NCBI GenBank assembly: GCA_024137785.1
Contig: JAHRHZ010000082.1
Location: forward strand, 9,202,052 to 9,266,051
DNA from: Ginglymostoma cirratum
Lineage: Eukaryota
Reading direction: 5' to 3'
Length of the DNA stretch: 64,000 nucleotides
Under the pieces are notes generated by a model. That model made no database searches. It had not been told where the DNA came from and worked only from the letters and a program-made list of their open reading frames with translations. The position numbers and the translations under genes are program-made. Position 1 is the stretch's first letter. Each line of letters opens with the position of its first letter. Positions 38,070 through 52,574 of this stretch are shown in pieces.

Positions 38070-38789
38070 TAAGCCTGATCCTGCTAATCAATTTAATGCT
38101 TCCAGTGAATAAATAGAGAAAAGAACAGGATATGAGCACATGAAATATTTCTGTAGTAACATTCACATCGAGAACCTCTAGGCTGTAAGAGAATCAAAGT
38201 TGAAAAAATTATATTGGGCTCTTTGAAATTCACCAATTAATTTTCCCATTATGTTACCCAGGCACAAATTTGAACTACCACCACCAGTATATCTTGACTC
38301 CACTGTCCATCCTAGCAGATTATTCCAGGCACTCATCCTTCCTTTAGTAAATAATCCTGCCTAAAGTCAGTTCTATTCCCACCTAAAATCTATTTTAAAT
38401 TAACAATTAATTTTCTGTCTTCAGCTCTTAAAGATTTAATGTAAAATGCTGGTCTTACTGCCCAATTCCATTTAACTCTACCTTTACAATGTTCTTTTGA
38501 AACCAGCTTTCTTTAAGATGTTACCCATTGAATTTGCTTATTTCTGAACTTTTATATAAGAAATAATGACCACACTCAATTGACTACCAAAAACGATTGT
38601 GTTTACATAACACTCCTCACAAACACTATGTCCTGAGGTGCCCTATGGTCACAGTTGTCCTTTACAGACTGAATCAATCCCATCTGGCCTACATTTGATC
38701 CCAGAACCACAGCAATGTTGAGGGCTCTTAACTCTCCTCAGAAATAGCCTTGCAAGTCATTAGGGATAAAAACAGTTGCCAACTAATGC

Positions 38790-38912
38790 TGTATCAGAGA
38801 TAGTAGGAACTGCCGATGCTGGAGAATCTGAGATAACAAGGTGTAGAGCTGGATGAACACAGCAGGCCAAGCAGCATCAGAGGAGCTGGAAAGCTTGACG
38901 TTTCGGGCCGAG
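38790..38912 (-). mobile_element. 123-bp PLE-terminus insertion with 8-bp TSD, inside a SINE tail (~38680-38960)
   Basis: TSD ACTAATGC at 38782-38789 and 38913-38920; minus strand begins TCTCGGCCCGAAACGTCAAG, the 3' half of the HHR core. Confidence 0.75.
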
Positions 38913-39807
38913 ACTAATGCAGCCTTGTTGATGATGCTGCTGCATGCATCACCTTAAAGAGAAAAGGAATAACGAAGTGCGGTGAGGTGAATTTCGAGAG
39001 GAGTCCCTGAAACTTGTAGCTCAAAATTCAATAATGACATCCAACCCAGATGGCAATTTTAGCTGGTAGCTTGAGCAAGGATTCTCTTGCTCCTTTTCTT
39101 AGAGGGGAACATAGTGGGAAGAGCCAGAAAGTGTCCAAATCACAAAAGTCACTTTTCTGAACATGGAGTAACATGAATGCAATTCCAGCCCGCCACAACA
39201 AAGGTTAGATATTGCTAATTGTTCCACAGTCTTTCCCTTCCCCTCTTTTCTTAGACTCTGTCAACCTTCTCTCTTCACAATTTTCCTGAAAGCTGTCTGC
39301 CATTCCTTCAGTCCCACCTAGTAGGTCCTTGCCACATGAGCTCATGATCATACTCACTGGACAAATGTCAAGGTCAGGGTGAGTCTGACCCCCCATCTCT
39401 TACACCAAAGATCAAATTGAACTATTTGAAGAGAGAGTAATGCTAAATAATGCAGAGAGTATAAAATCACAAATCATGTGATCAATATGTGTGGCATATT
39501 ATAAACAGTTATACAGAATCCAAGCCATGTCATTCTATCCATTAATTGTTCATTGAACTCATTGATAAATTGTAAAGACCTCTTTAATTTAAGACAAATC
39601 AGGATCTTGCTCCTGATCCTGGCCCGGACTTCCTAGTAAGCCCCACTTCAAACCTTTTTCTTCCTTGGCATCATTTACTCAAATCTGACAGAGGAATTGG
39701 GTATGAAAATCCTTAGAAATGAAACTTGTGGTGTAATTCCAGTTCAAGTCTGGGACCTGATAAGGTACGTTGTTCTTATAATATCCTGTTAAAGTCACCA
39801 CAGAAGT

Positions 39808-40167
39808 CGAGGGCATGGATAGGGTGAATAGTCAAGGTCTTTTCTCCAAGGGCAGGGGAGTCCAAAATGAGAGGGCATAGGTTTAAGGCGAGCGAGAGGA
39901 AATATTCAAAAGGGGCCTAAGAGACAACTTTTTCACACAGAGGGTGGTGTGTGTATGGAATGAGCTGCCAGAGGCAGTGGTATAGGTGGGTAAAATTAAA
40001 ACATTTAAAAGACATCGGGATGGGTACATGAATAAGAGGGGTTCAGAGGGATATGAGCCAAATGCCGGCAAATGGGACGAGATTAATTTAGGATATCTGG
40101 TCGGTATGGCCGAGTTGGATGAGAAGGTATCTGTTTCCATGTTGTACATCTCTATGAGTCTATGATT
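39808..40167 (+). mobile_element. CR1/HER1 LINE 3' end, relatively well preserved
   Basis: GAGGGCATAGGTTTAAGG, TTTTTCACACAGAGGGTGGTG..GTATGGAATGAGCTGCCAGAG, terminal CTCTATGAGTCTATGA. Confidence 0.9.
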
Positions 40168-42299
40168 CAAAGTCAGATCTTTGGGTCTGTGTTTTTCATC
40201 ATTTGTTCACAGGATATAATTTCAATAGCCCACCTTAAGTTGTCTACAGACGGCAGTGGTGAACCATTTGATTGAGTTACTGAAGGTTGCTTTAATTAGT
40301 CTTTTGGGTTACAAATTTGTCTATTCTCTCTCAGCTGCATATAAAAGATCCTGCAGCAAAAATTCAAAGATCTCAATCGATATGCATTGCTTAATAAACC
40401 TCATTAGAACAAATGATCCTGGGTTATTTATCTTATTATTGTTCATAGAACCCTTGCTGTTTAAATTTTCTGCCATGATTCTATACATTTCAACTTTGAC
40501 AGCACTTCTCCAGTTCGAAAGTTGTGAAGTTATTTCACAATCCTGAGGCCAAGAGATACAATTTTTAAAAAAATTAAACCCCTGAATTGAAAGTAAATTT
40601 AATAATGTTTAATAGCATGGAATAATTTCAAAAAATATTATTTTTGCATGTAATTGTTCTGCCACGATATCAAATACTGAAAAAAAACCTTGTGCGCTGA
40701 ATCCAGTGAGTTAACAAGTGTGCAGGGATCCGGGTGAATAGCCAGCAGATGAGAAGTCTGGTTTTGAAGTTGCCCATAACTTTGGAAGATTGAGAAAAGT
40801 AGCTCTCCCGCTGGGCTACATCACATTAAACAGGTCCACAGCTGTCTGGGCAATAATCTGAACAATGTTTTTTAGCAACATGGGAATATTTTGCAGCTAA
40901 CACAAGTGCTGGCTACAAATAAACAGGCCATAATAGAAGCGTGACAAAATCCTCTTCATGTCTGATCACGCTCATCACTGAAGCATTAGAAGTACTTAGA
41001 CCTTTGGTGCAAAGTATGCCTTGAGTGGCAGCAAGATTACTGAAGAAAGATTTAGACCAGCTGCTTGAGTGAGTAAACCCGGGTCAATTGCTCTGATGGA
41101 CTGGCACATATGGTCAAGTTCAAGACCTGTTAACAATCCATGGCTCATGTTGCTTTATTTAGTTTTATTAAGCTATGACAGTTAAAGATGTAGGTATTAA
41201 CACTCCCATCTGCCCAAATTATCAGTGAAAGGGATGACTGTTTCACAGTCTTGGCTCCAACTTCATACTCTGCTTAAGCATGCTGGATGCACACCCATTG
41301 CCTGTTGAAAATTACATTACTGTCTCTACTTCATTGCCACAAGTTTGCATGAGGTGACATAAGACACTTAGTAAGGCTGCGTTGATACTACGACACTTCA
41401 TTGAAAGTTGGTCAAATGTCACTCGAAACTTTTCTTTCACATTGACATTAGAGTTTGAAATCAGTGGTGATATTTGTGAATGATTGCTAAACATATTTGC
41501 ATGACTTGTTGAACTAAAGTAAACTGTTAATTTCTTTAAAAGGTCAGAGAAAGTCTCCTAATCTGATCAGTGGTAATTCTTAGGTTTTTCTTAAATTGGA
41601 ATATTTATAGTGACTTTTATATTTTGCTGCATTTTCTTAATAAATTGTTCCTTTCACTTTCTTGTCAGGAATGCCATCACTGAGCCACAAATCCCCTTCA
41701 CCTTTTCATGCTGCAGTGGAAGAAAAACTGTGGCTTCCTATGAGCCATGCACTTACATCCAAATTTCTATTTGGTGACATTGAAAAGGATAGGGATGTGA
41801 TGAGAACTATACAGAAGAGCCTATGAGCAAAAACAACATGGGTTAATATCTCTGCCCACAGATGGTGAAAATTTCCAGTATTTTCTGTTTCTAGTTTAGA
41901 TTAAGACAGAATCCTTTAATCCAGTCAAACCTCCCAAAGTTTTGAGTGCAACTAGTTAGTACAGTCCCATCACTTACTAATTCTTACAGCCAGGTCTAAT
42001 CTGCCGACTCCCCTGACAATTTTTATAGAGCAGTACATAGTAGGAGTCCAGCTTCAAGCTTTCAGTGTGTTGTCAACAGAGATGCTCCCATGTGAAATTA
42101 CTTCTTTTTCTAACAAATTTGCATAATACACACTGATTTGTTCGTAAATATCTCCCCATGTTACTATTTTAATACTTTCTCAACTACATTTCTGCTGTAT
42201 GTTATTGTCATTTCCATATCATTTTGTGTATTTTGGGACTTATTAACAACTGTATTTATATAATGCACTCAGAGAAGAAAAATGCCTCATTGAACGTAA

Positions 42300-43155
42300 G
42301 TGACGAGCAGAAGTCATCAATAGAACCCTCTGAGCCTGTCATATTTCAATATGAACTTGGTTGATTCTTAAATTTAACTCTCACTTTTTCATGCAATTGG
42401 TACATCCCTTAATTAATTAACCCCTTATTGCCTGTCTAAAATGAGGTTATTAGGCAACAGATTATTCTCCCAATTTTTGTTTCTTTGGGTCAAATTGTCT
42501 TTTTATATACATTTAGAACTAACAGCAAGAGCAAACCTTTCATCCCTTAAGACCATTTGATTTTCAGTGCGATCATGACTGAACTTGAGGCTCAGCTCTT
42601 GTTTTCTCCCCCTTTAACTCACGCTTTGATTCCTTGAGTGATCAAAAAGTTTTACACTCAATCTTGAATGTCTTCAACATCGTTGCATTCACAACTCTCT
42701 AGAATGGATAACTTTAAAGATTCACAACCCTGAATGTAAAGTAATTTCTCCTCATCTCGATCCTAGATGGTCAAATTCCTTATCATGAGGCTATGTGTCT
42801 TCATTCTAGGTTCCACAACTGGCTGGAACAGCCTCCAAGTCTACCCTATTCAGCCCTGTTGAAGTCCTGTATGTTTCAACGATATCAGCTCCCATTTTTC
42901 TAAACTCCACAGAGTATAGGTTCAATTTACTGAACATCTCATTATGAGGTAATCCTCCCATCCTGTGGGACAATCCAGTCAATCATTGTATTACAGTTCA
43001 GATATATTTTTACAAGTAGATATATCCTTCCTTTGTTATAGATACCACAACTGCTCACAGAACTCTGTGTGGTCTCCTCGAAGCTTATTATATCTGGATT
43101 AAGGTTTCCTTGCTCTTTTATATCTGTCTCCTTGCAATTAATGCCAACATAACAT
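42300..43155 (-). mobile_element. Old CR1 3' fragment(s)
   Basis: AATTTCTCCTCATCTC, TGTATGTTTCAACGATATCA..TCTAAACTCCA and ATGCCAACATAACATT are reverse-complement CR1 ORF2 C-terminal motifs. Confidence 0.7.
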
Positions 43156-43310
43156 TTATCTTCCTAATTACCTGCACAGAGATCTCAACAAAAGTCAGAG
43201 GGACTTTGGCTCGATGTAGGTGGGAATAGGTGACCTAAGTAGTAGGTGACCCAATCTTTTGTTGGAGATATGGGTTTAATGGAAGGTTTTGAGGTAAAAG
43301 AGGAATGTAT
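43155..43310 (-). mobile_element. L2-type LINE 3' fragment, extreme tail probably at 42244-42290
   Basis: GGTGACCCAATCTTTTGTTGGAGATATGGGTTTAATGG resembles the reverse complement of 45480-45540; ACAACTGTATTTATATAATGC at 42247 is the reversed tail. Confidence 0.4.
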
Positions 43311-45329
43311 TGAAAGCAATAAAGAAACAAAGTTAGAGCAGTTAACCTGGTAAGAGTATACACTTTCATTTGTCTACTTCTGCATTTAAAGCCTTCGATA
43401 TAACTCAGCAAAACAAGATACATGTGCAGAAGCATCTGCTATCATGCTTGATTGGCATCCTAACCAAAACAGCTTGGCAGTCAGCAGGGCTTCCAGCAGA
43501 AAACAAGTGTTTTGGAAGGGTCTCTGGGTCTTCAGGAATATGGGAAGATGTTCAGGAAAAGCTAAAGTTCAAAGGACAAAAGTTTAAAAACTTACTTTAC
43601 TGAGCCCCTTCTCCATCCAGCTGCTGCTCCCAGCATGCTCCAGCCTGAGAGGAAGCCACCATTGCACCACCTCCCTGGGCAGGATCTTGTTTCGAATGGC
43701 ACAAGAGGTCTTGATAACTTCACTGTAGAAAAATGATGCCAAACTGTCAGGTATGTCAAGGCAGGAAGGGAAAGGAGGTATGTTTTCTCCATCCACTTTA
43801 AATGACCCTCTTCTGGTCACTGTCATTGCTATAATTTTGGACGGTGGGGATGAAGAGCCAGGGGACTAAATTCGATCCCACTATAGGAATTAAGCAGAAG
43901 CAGTGCTTTTTTTTAATGTGATGATTAGCTGAGACTCTGCTTGAAGTTGCTTTATTCATCTGTGTGTCTTCAGACCATTCTCCAGTGAAAGTGATATGAA
44001 GAATAATTAGATATTGATTTTGGCAACTCTTATACTTATTCCTAAATAACTTTTGTAAAGGATGTAGTTTATAATCTCTAAAATAGAGCAGTGGCAAAAG
44101 TGGGGGTATTAACAGCTGTTGCAGCAGCATTGTAACCATGCCTGTGTTGTTGAATTAACCTAAGACCTTTTAGTTTTTAAGCAAAGTAACTGAGAGGTAA
44201 AATTGGAGTGAAAGCAAGGAGTAATGGGGGCCCGCTGAGACATGCTTTATTTTGATTTGGCTCCAATTCAATAACTTGTTTTTCATTCTTGGGCCATGGG
44301 AAGAGTTACAGGCACCAACTGACAATCTAATGGGGTCATACAACTTTACAGTTAGAAACTTTCAGCGTGCTGAGTTTGCACAAGACAGTCCTTGCCTTGG
44401 CCAGGACCTGCTGTCATACTGTCAATATTTGTTTGGTGGGATTTGAATTTGAGCAGGAAATGGAGGAGACTACATGGAGTGATTTTTTTTTGTCAGCTCT
44501 GGCCATGAGACCCAGGACACAAGAACTTTCAACTCTCATCACCTGTGGGACAGCAAAAAAGTCAATTGCTCGCACCTCCCAAATCTTTCTTTTCCACTCT
44601 TGACTGGTGAGCCTAAGTCCATTATCGGGATCAATAGATGCAATATAATTGACCTGTAACTTCAGCCACAGGACACTGGCTTTAAAGCCAGGATGCTATC
44701 AGCGACCTCCATCATTTAAGGTTACCATGCCACAGAGTGCATTCCGTAAGTTTGTCACAGATTTTTCGGAAGTGCCATTAGTCTTTTCACATTCTTGCTG
44801 TCATCCTGACAGACATTACAATAATAATCCGACATCTGTGTTTTCCCTTGTGCCAAACAATATATTAAACTCTTGCTATCCTAAGGCACTTCAAACGCTT
44901 GGGAGACAAGAGGAATAGTAAAGAAGTGCTTGTAGTTGGCTGTAAGGAACATATTAAAGCTGTATTCCTTTGATTAGTTTCATTAAAATGTTAAAAAAAT
45001 TAACAATTGTTCAATACTTGACTCTGATTCATGGGAAGAAGAGTTGCCTTGGAAAATTGTGAGCGATTTATTTAGTCAGAAAGCAACTGAAAATCAGAGA
45101 ATCTGCCAACTGACAAATGCCTGGGATTTATTTTTTCTTTATCATTATACTACAGGCAACATTTTGGTACCTGAAAATATCTTGAAAATTAATATCATCT
45201 AGGCCAGTTATTTTATTGATGATTTTTTGCTTTCAGAGCTATTTGAACTTAATGCCAATTTTTGTTTTTGTTTTGAGGTGGGAGACTAGTTTCAAATTCT
45301 TCCTTCGGCTTAATCCTCCCTTTCTCTGT

Positions 45330-45627
45330 AGTCACACCCACTCCACCAAGATATCTGCATTCCATTCTTTATGGCCTCGTGGGTGACCCTGATTTTAATT
45401 GTTCCATTGTTTGGCAGCTGTGCCCTGAACTACAAAGGTCCGAAGCTCTGGAATTCCCTCCCAAAACCTCTCCACCTCTCTTTCCTTCTTTAAGACGCTA
45501 CTCAAAACTCTAATTTGCTGACCAGATATTTGGTCATCTGCCTTTCTTATAGCTCCATGTCATATTTTTCTTTGTAATGAGTCTGTGCAAATGCTTTATT
45601 TTGGTCAAGGCACTCTATAAATGCAAA
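45330..45627 (+). mobile_element. L2 LINE 3' end (tail type shared with DeuSINEs)
   Basis: AAGCTCTGGAATTCCCTCCC (LWNSLP), TTTAAGACGCTACTCAAAAC (FKTLLKT), terminal AAGGCACTCTATAAATGCAA. Confidence 0.75.
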
Positions 45628-47859
45628 CAGCTGACTACAGTTCAAATCTCCACACCAGGCATTCACATATTCATCATCATGACTGGGAATCATGACTGTC
45701 AAAGCAACCTTTGTATAACTTGGAACAAAGAACATGTGCAGATAGCAGTGCTTGCATGGGAGTTCAAACTGAATACAGACAGTAATAGTACCTGGCTGAT
45801 GCACTTCAGACTTTAATATATTTAACATCTTTTCATATAACAGGAGCAGAATTCAACATCATAGCATCACAAAAAGAGAGCAACCCACTTTTACAATTTC
45901 GTCCTCACTCTGACAACTTCTCCGTGGTCTACATAATTCCCTAATTATGGAAGTGGGTTTGTGCTCTCTAATAGTTAGCTTCTGCCTGTGACATTTTCAA
46001 ACTTCTTCATTCTGCTGTGTACATGAGTGATCAGGTCTGATAGTAGGCTGCAAAGTCTCTTCACCTTTATAACATTCACTTGACATTTCTCTCTCTGGCA
46101 GTTGCTGCGTGGGAAACCATTAAGGATAGGAACACCAAAGTGGAGCATGAGCAAATGTTAGCATGGACTTCACCACAGTGGTAGAGGTGTATAATCTTCC
46201 CACCAAATGGAACATATTTCCTCATGGATCGATGGCAATTATTGTACAAAGATGTAATTTTTTTTTAAATCAAGGTGTAGGATGGCAAGAGTGAGGGGTC
46301 ATAATTTTTGTAAGAAGAACAGTTGAAGATTTTTTTAAAAATTCAGCTCAGAAATGGGCACTGAGTTCTGAAAGTAGATAGTGGGTGAATAGCTAACTTA
46401 TTTGGTGACTCCAGTTCCATCTCTTTTTGTGGAGAAATTAGCTGGTTTTAACAAGTTTGGGTGAGGAATGCCAGAGAACTCCATCCCCAATATTTCCTGT
46501 CCCTGTATCAAGATCTTGGCGACACAGTATTTAATGGAGACTGTTTCAAACCAGAAAAGTCCAACATCATCATTATGAAGCATAAAATCATTAAGCTTAA
46601 AGGTAGAAAACAGAATATTGAAATACAGTAGGTGATACTCCAAGATTCATTGATTTTTCCTAACTGAAATAATATACTGCCCAGATCAAACATTTCAAGG
46701 AATTGTAAGATATCCACCTTACAGGTTTTTGTAATAAAATGTGATGCCCTCAAACCCCAAGGAAGTAAATGTTTAAATGTTGATTCTAAACATGTAATGT
46801 ACATTAAAATTCTACACAGAATACACCAGACATTTTTGTATAAAATTTCTTTAAAAGGAAACAAGTTTCTCTTTAAATATTCTGCTTTGTGTGTACCTTC
46901 ATTTCTTTTTCAGGAAAAGAAGTGAAGTCTTTTTTTTCTATTGAATTGAACACCTAATACTAATTGCAATAATGCAAGATTATTCATGGCTGTCACAAAA
47001 TGTTGTAGTAGTTTTGTATTCCCTGGCATGTGGATGATATTTAAGTGTGTTTTTCAGTACAATACTGAAGGATTCTTGTTCTGTCACTTTGGAGTGTGCT
47101 CAGCTAGTTGCCTTACAGAAGAGCCTGAAGGGTTTTACCAAATTTCACATTTAAGCAAACCTTCAAAATGTCATTTCATTTTAATTCACCGTGATTCTAT
47201 CCAACACTAAAATTTGATACAGTTAATGTTCTAACTTTTTATGTCGCAACGGCTTTTAATGTCTTTCATATGGCTCAATGTCATTGCCCTTCGAAAAGAA
47301 CAGGGATTGGTCAAACTGTAATGTCATCAGATTTGATCAATATTGTGACAATTAATTCCTTTATAGTTGATGATTGGCAGGCCCTGTGTATCTGGTTGAA
47401 ATGATTTATACAGTCATTATTGTAACATGTCACATTCATACATTCAGAAAGAACCTCTACGACTGTCCAGATCCATGCTGGATAACCACACATCCCCATC
47501 AAACAACCTTTGATTTGCTGATTGAAACAGATGATTTACAAAATGATTGCAAAGATCCTCCCAAAACCTGGGGAAATTCTGATGACAGTTGATTTTTGCC
47601 ATACCTATTTTGAAGAAAGGTAACATGAGGCAGGGAGCCAGAACAAAGTTAACATGGGATCAAGGAAAGAACAACAAACCAGGAAAGTTAACAAAAGTAA
47701 ATAAAATAATGCAACACAGAGTGTGGGAGATCTGAAACAAGGAAATAGCAGAAAACAAAACAAAGAAAAGAGAGACGCAAAAAAAGCATGAGAGGGAATG
47801 ACTCGAGTGTTGATGAAACCAGTCTGTAAAATTAAATATAAATAAAAAATGCTGAATGT

Positions 47860-47990
47860 ATCATCATGCTGAAAAATCATCAACCTAAAATGTTAACTCT
47901 GCTTCTGTCTTCACATATGATGCCTGACCTTCCAAGATTTTCCAATATTTTAACTTCAAATTTCTAATATCTGCAGCGTTTTGCCTTCAC
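47860..47990 (+). mobile_element. Degenerate PLE 3' end
   Basis: ACCTAAAATGTTAACTCTG..TTCACATATGATGCCTGACCT..ATCTGCAGCGTTTTGC. Confidence 0.55.
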
Positions 47991-50180
47991 ATGGAATTAA
48001 ATGACGGTTTCACTGACAATAAAGTTCATGATTTTGGTTATTTCCATTGTTCATTTTATGATTTTAAAGTTCACATTAGTTGAGTTCATTTTAATATGGT
48101 TCAGTTTAATATATTCAGTATAATACGGTTCTGGATATCTAATTAATATAGTTTATCTAGTTCTGCATATCTAATTTCTAGACCTAAGTAAAAGGCTAGA
48201 GTGCAATAAAAAATTAAATTCTCATGGGCAGCATTCTCCATAAGCTGATTTTAGCAAACACCAGTCCAAAAGCAGAATATCTGATGAAGGGTTCAATTTC
48301 AGTCCAGTGAAGTAAACTCTCCAATGAGGTGAATCTCCTCTGCTGAACTTTCAATTCATCAGTGGCTGGTTCACTCAGTTTAAACTACAGTAGATACAGG
48401 TCCTGGTCCTGATACGGTGCTTAAATTGCTGATCCAGGTCTAATTGACTCTCAAATTCAGAAAAGTACTTCGCTGTCCATGGCTTCCCGCCTATGTTTTT
48501 GATTTTGAATTGGCTACTGAAGTATCATTTGTATGATCCAAATACTCCCAAACAGAATTGTTAATTTTCGTACATGGAATAGTTGCAGTATCTGCTGTAA
48601 TATCTTATACCACCCAAAGCTGGCAGACACCAGACACCATGTATTTAGTATCAGCCTGTTCCTGATTTTAAGTGGCCATACTATCACCATTTACAAATAG
48701 CAATTAGGCAGTGTAAGTTCAGCTTTAGGTATTGTACCACTATGGCACTTTATTTATTCCTGGGAGAACACTGCAACACTAGTTACCCACAAGAGCAATC
48801 ACTATATGGCAAAATATTAGACTGATGTTGGCCAGAACAATTTTATAATCATAATAGTTTGGAAGTTCAGTGAGATTTATTGAAATTTCATACTTTGTAT
48901 ATTGGTTTCAGTTTTTCTCCTTACTCTGTTTGTACAGACAGCCATGTGCTTATGTTGAGTATAATAATGACCAGAAGTTCGACTTGGAGGGATTTTGCTT
49001 GTGTTGGCTCAGGCTGACTAACTGCAGACAGACTGTTGGAGTTAATTACATTAAATGGTGAGAACATTATTTGACCTTACTGGTGGAGTACCAGATGGTA
49101 TCCATTGTACTTTCTTAAGTCTTCGGGTTTAATGGCAGCCTGATATCTGAGCATGCATGGAGCTGTTTTTGGCAGGGGAAGCAGGGGGCAGATTTAGTGG
49201 GTGGTTGTCAGCTGACCAAGCTTCCATTTTTGTAGTATGTTACATTTTGGCAGAAAGCAGCAAAGTTATGTATAATTCATTTTATAAAGCGCTTTTATTG
49301 GATTCAGGAACTATGCAATATGGATATGGTGTTCTTTCCTTTTTCAGAAGGTAATTCTGTAGAGGTGAAGAACCAAGACTCCAGCTGGACTGCAACAGAA
49401 AAGAGAATGTTAAAATAAATTAAGGTAATGGATAATAGTCGACCTCCTTTAGTAAAATATCTAATGTAGCTCTGGATGAATATTCCCCAGTTAGAGAACC
49501 AGTAATTAGATGGTGCATCAAAAACAGCACAGCTGCAACTTGAAGTAAACTGAAAATTGACTCTAGGCCTCCAGGGGCGAATGTTTAATAAGTTGCTGCT
49601 GGTATCAAAGGGCATTGTGTTTATTCTCTGGTCAACCATGTTATATCTACAATTATCCATTTAGCAAACTGTGCATTTGGAAAACACCGCAAGGCTTTCC
49701 TCACAGATGGGAATAAATTCAGACTGTGGTCTGCTCCTGTACACCATTGGCAAAGGGGCATTTCCAGCCCTGCCAGCTATGGAATAGTGGGCACCTAACA
49801 AATGTCTTTTTTATTGTCTTCCTCAGAACTCGACTTGAAGGCAGTCTGATCCACATTGCCATATGATCTTCGTTTGTGGGTAGGGTAAACAGCTGGGTCA
49901 AAATCTACCATAAAGGAGCAAGCAAAGCCCATGATGTTGGCACCAATCTGATTCACAATGGTGATCCATCTAAGTAATCCCAATAGCATCCCCCCACAGG
50001 GAGACCCCATTGCTGTGTGACCATACAATTTCACACGTGTGTTGTTGTGGAGCTATGCATAGTGATGGTAGATGCTCCAATTTATTTCCATAACATAACT
50101 AATGGGGAATTTCTCCCACTCTTACCGCCCACCATTGGCATATATTTGAAGGATTTATAAGTTGATATACGACAAAATAA

Positions 50181-52535
50181 GTCATAGAGTCATCGAGCAA
50201 TACAACATGAAAACAGGCCCTTTGACCTAAACTGGTCCATGCTGACCATGATGCTCACTCAGCTTGTTCCAATTGCTCACATGGTCCATTTCCCTCTAAA
50301 TCCTTCTCATCCATGTACCTATCTAAATTTTTTTTAATGTTGCTATTGTACCTGCCTCAACTAATTTCTCTGGTGGCCCATTCCATATATGCACCACTCT
50401 CTGCATGAAGAATTGCCCCTCAGATCCTTCTTAAATCTTTACCCTCTCACTTTAAACCTATAGCCTCTAGTTTTCAATCTCCTTCCCTGGGAAAAAAGAC
50501 TTTATGCATTCATCCTATCTATGCCCCTCATGATTTAATACTCTTTAATAATGTCACCTCTCATTCTCCTACGTTCCAAGGAATAAACTCCTATTCTGGC
50601 CAAACTCTTCCTTTAATCCAGGCCTACTAATCATGACAACATCTTCGTAAATCTTCTTTGCACACTTTCCAGTTTAATCATGTATTTCTTATAACAGGGT
50701 CACCAAAACTGTACACAATACTCCAAGTGCGGCCTCACCAACGACTTATACAACTGTAACATAATGAGCCAACTCCTATACTCAATGCCTCGATGGATGA
50801 AGACCAGCATGCTAAATGCCTTCTTCACCACCCTGTCCACCTGTGATGCCGCTTTCAATAAATGATGTACTTGTGCTCCTAGATCCCTTCATTTCACAAC
50901 ACTCCTCAGGACCTTACCATTTATCGTATAAGTCCTACCTTGGTTTGACTTTCCAAAGTTCAACACCTCACACTTATCTGTATTGAATTGCATTTGCCAA
51001 TCCTCAGCCCCACTTCCCCATCTGATCAAGATCCCACTGTAATTTTTCATAATCTTCACCACAATCAATGATATCTCCTATTTTTGTATCATTCACAAAC
51101 TTACTAGTCATGCCTTGTACATTCACATCCAGATCATTTCTATAAATAACATATAACAAAGGTCCAAGCACCGACCCCTGTGGCTTACCGGTAGACACAG
51201 GCCTCCAGCCTGAGAAACAACCTTCAACCATTACCCTCGGCTTCCTAACATCAAGCCAATTTTGAATGCAATTCGCAACTCTCCCTGGATCCCATCCAAT
51301 CTAACCTTCATGACTAACCTGCCATGCAGGACCTTTTCAAAAGCCTTACTAAAGTCCATATAGACAACATCCACTGCCCTACCCTCTTCCATCCTCTTGG
51401 TTACCTCTTTAAAAAATCTCTAAAAGATTTATCAGACATGACTTCCCACACACAAATCCATACTGAATATCCCTAAGTAATTAGACCTTGACTATATAAT
51501 TGTTGCTTGATCCTGTTCCTCAGTATCCCCTCCAGTAACTTACCTACCACCGATGTCAGGCTCACTGGCCTGTAATTTCTTAGTTTGTCTTTGCTACCTT
51601 TCTTAAACAATGGAACAACATTAGCTACCCTCCAGTCTTCCGGAAATTCACCAGTGGCTAAAGATGAAGCAAAAATCTCTGCAAGGGCCTCTGCAATTAG
51701 TTCCTTAGCCTCCCACAACATCCGAGGTTGGACTTGATTAGGCTCAGAGGATTTATCCACCTTAATGTGATCTAAGGCTGAGGGCACCTCCTCTCTGGTA
51801 ATATGTATGTGGTCCAAAACATCCCCACTTGTTTCCCTTCTTTCCTTAGCATCCATGATTCTCTCATTAGTAAACACCAAGAAGAAATATTCATTAAAAA
51901 TCGCCCCCATCTCCTGTGGCTCCACACATTGACAGCCATGCTGATCTTTAAGGGGACCTATTCTCTCTCTGGCCATCGTTTTGTTCTTAACATAGTTATG
52001 GAGCCTCATGGGATTTTCTTTACCCTTATCTGCCAGATCCATCACACACCCTCTTTTTGCTCTTCTGATTTCCCTCTTAAGTGTGGTCCTACACTTTTTA
52101 TAGTCATCTAGGGATTTACTTGAGCCCAATAGCTTAAACCCAATATATGCATACTTCTTCCTCCTGACCAAAGCCTCAATATCCCTCGTCAGCCAGGGAT
52201 CCCTAAACCTGCCAGCTTTTCCCTTCACCCGAACAAGGATATATTGTCCCTGGACTCTTGATATCAAACTTTTAAAAGCCTCCCATTTGCCAGTTGTTCC
52301 TTTTCCTTCAAGTCGACTCACCCAATCGACTGCTGCTAGATCCTGCCTAATGGCCCCCAAATTGACCCTGCTCCAGTTTAGCACCTTAACCTGTGCACCT
52401 GTCCTATCTTTTTCCATAACTATGTTAAAACTAAGAGATAAGTAGTAACTGCACCCAAAGTGCTCTCCGACTGACACTTCAGTCACTTGCCTGACCTTGT
52501 TTCCAAGAGGATGTCCAGAGTTGCACCCTCCCGAG
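50181..52535 (-). pseudogene. CR1/HER1 LINE, ~2.35 kb, 5'-truncated; disabled ORF2 (endonuclease C-terminus, RT) and 3' UTR
   Basis: ORF 51473-52633 has VGEHFGCSYY (SDH lost), PEDWRVANVVPLFKKG and NYRPVSLTSVVGKLLE; ORF 51004-51231 has GKPQGSVLGPLLY and KFVND (FADD lost); ends (CTCTATGA)-like at 50181. Confidence 0.95.
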
Positions 52536-52574
52536 TAGGGCCCTCCACATTCAGGAAACTTTCTTAGACACATT

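Noticed and set aside
41670-41830. Acceptor followed by a ~52-codon open frame (MPSLSHKSPSPF...)
   Set aside because: No recognisable homology, no CpG retention, weak donor.
48281-48310. CTGATGAAGGG as another hammerhead
   Set aside because: No closing helix II or GAAA, and no PLE tail follows.
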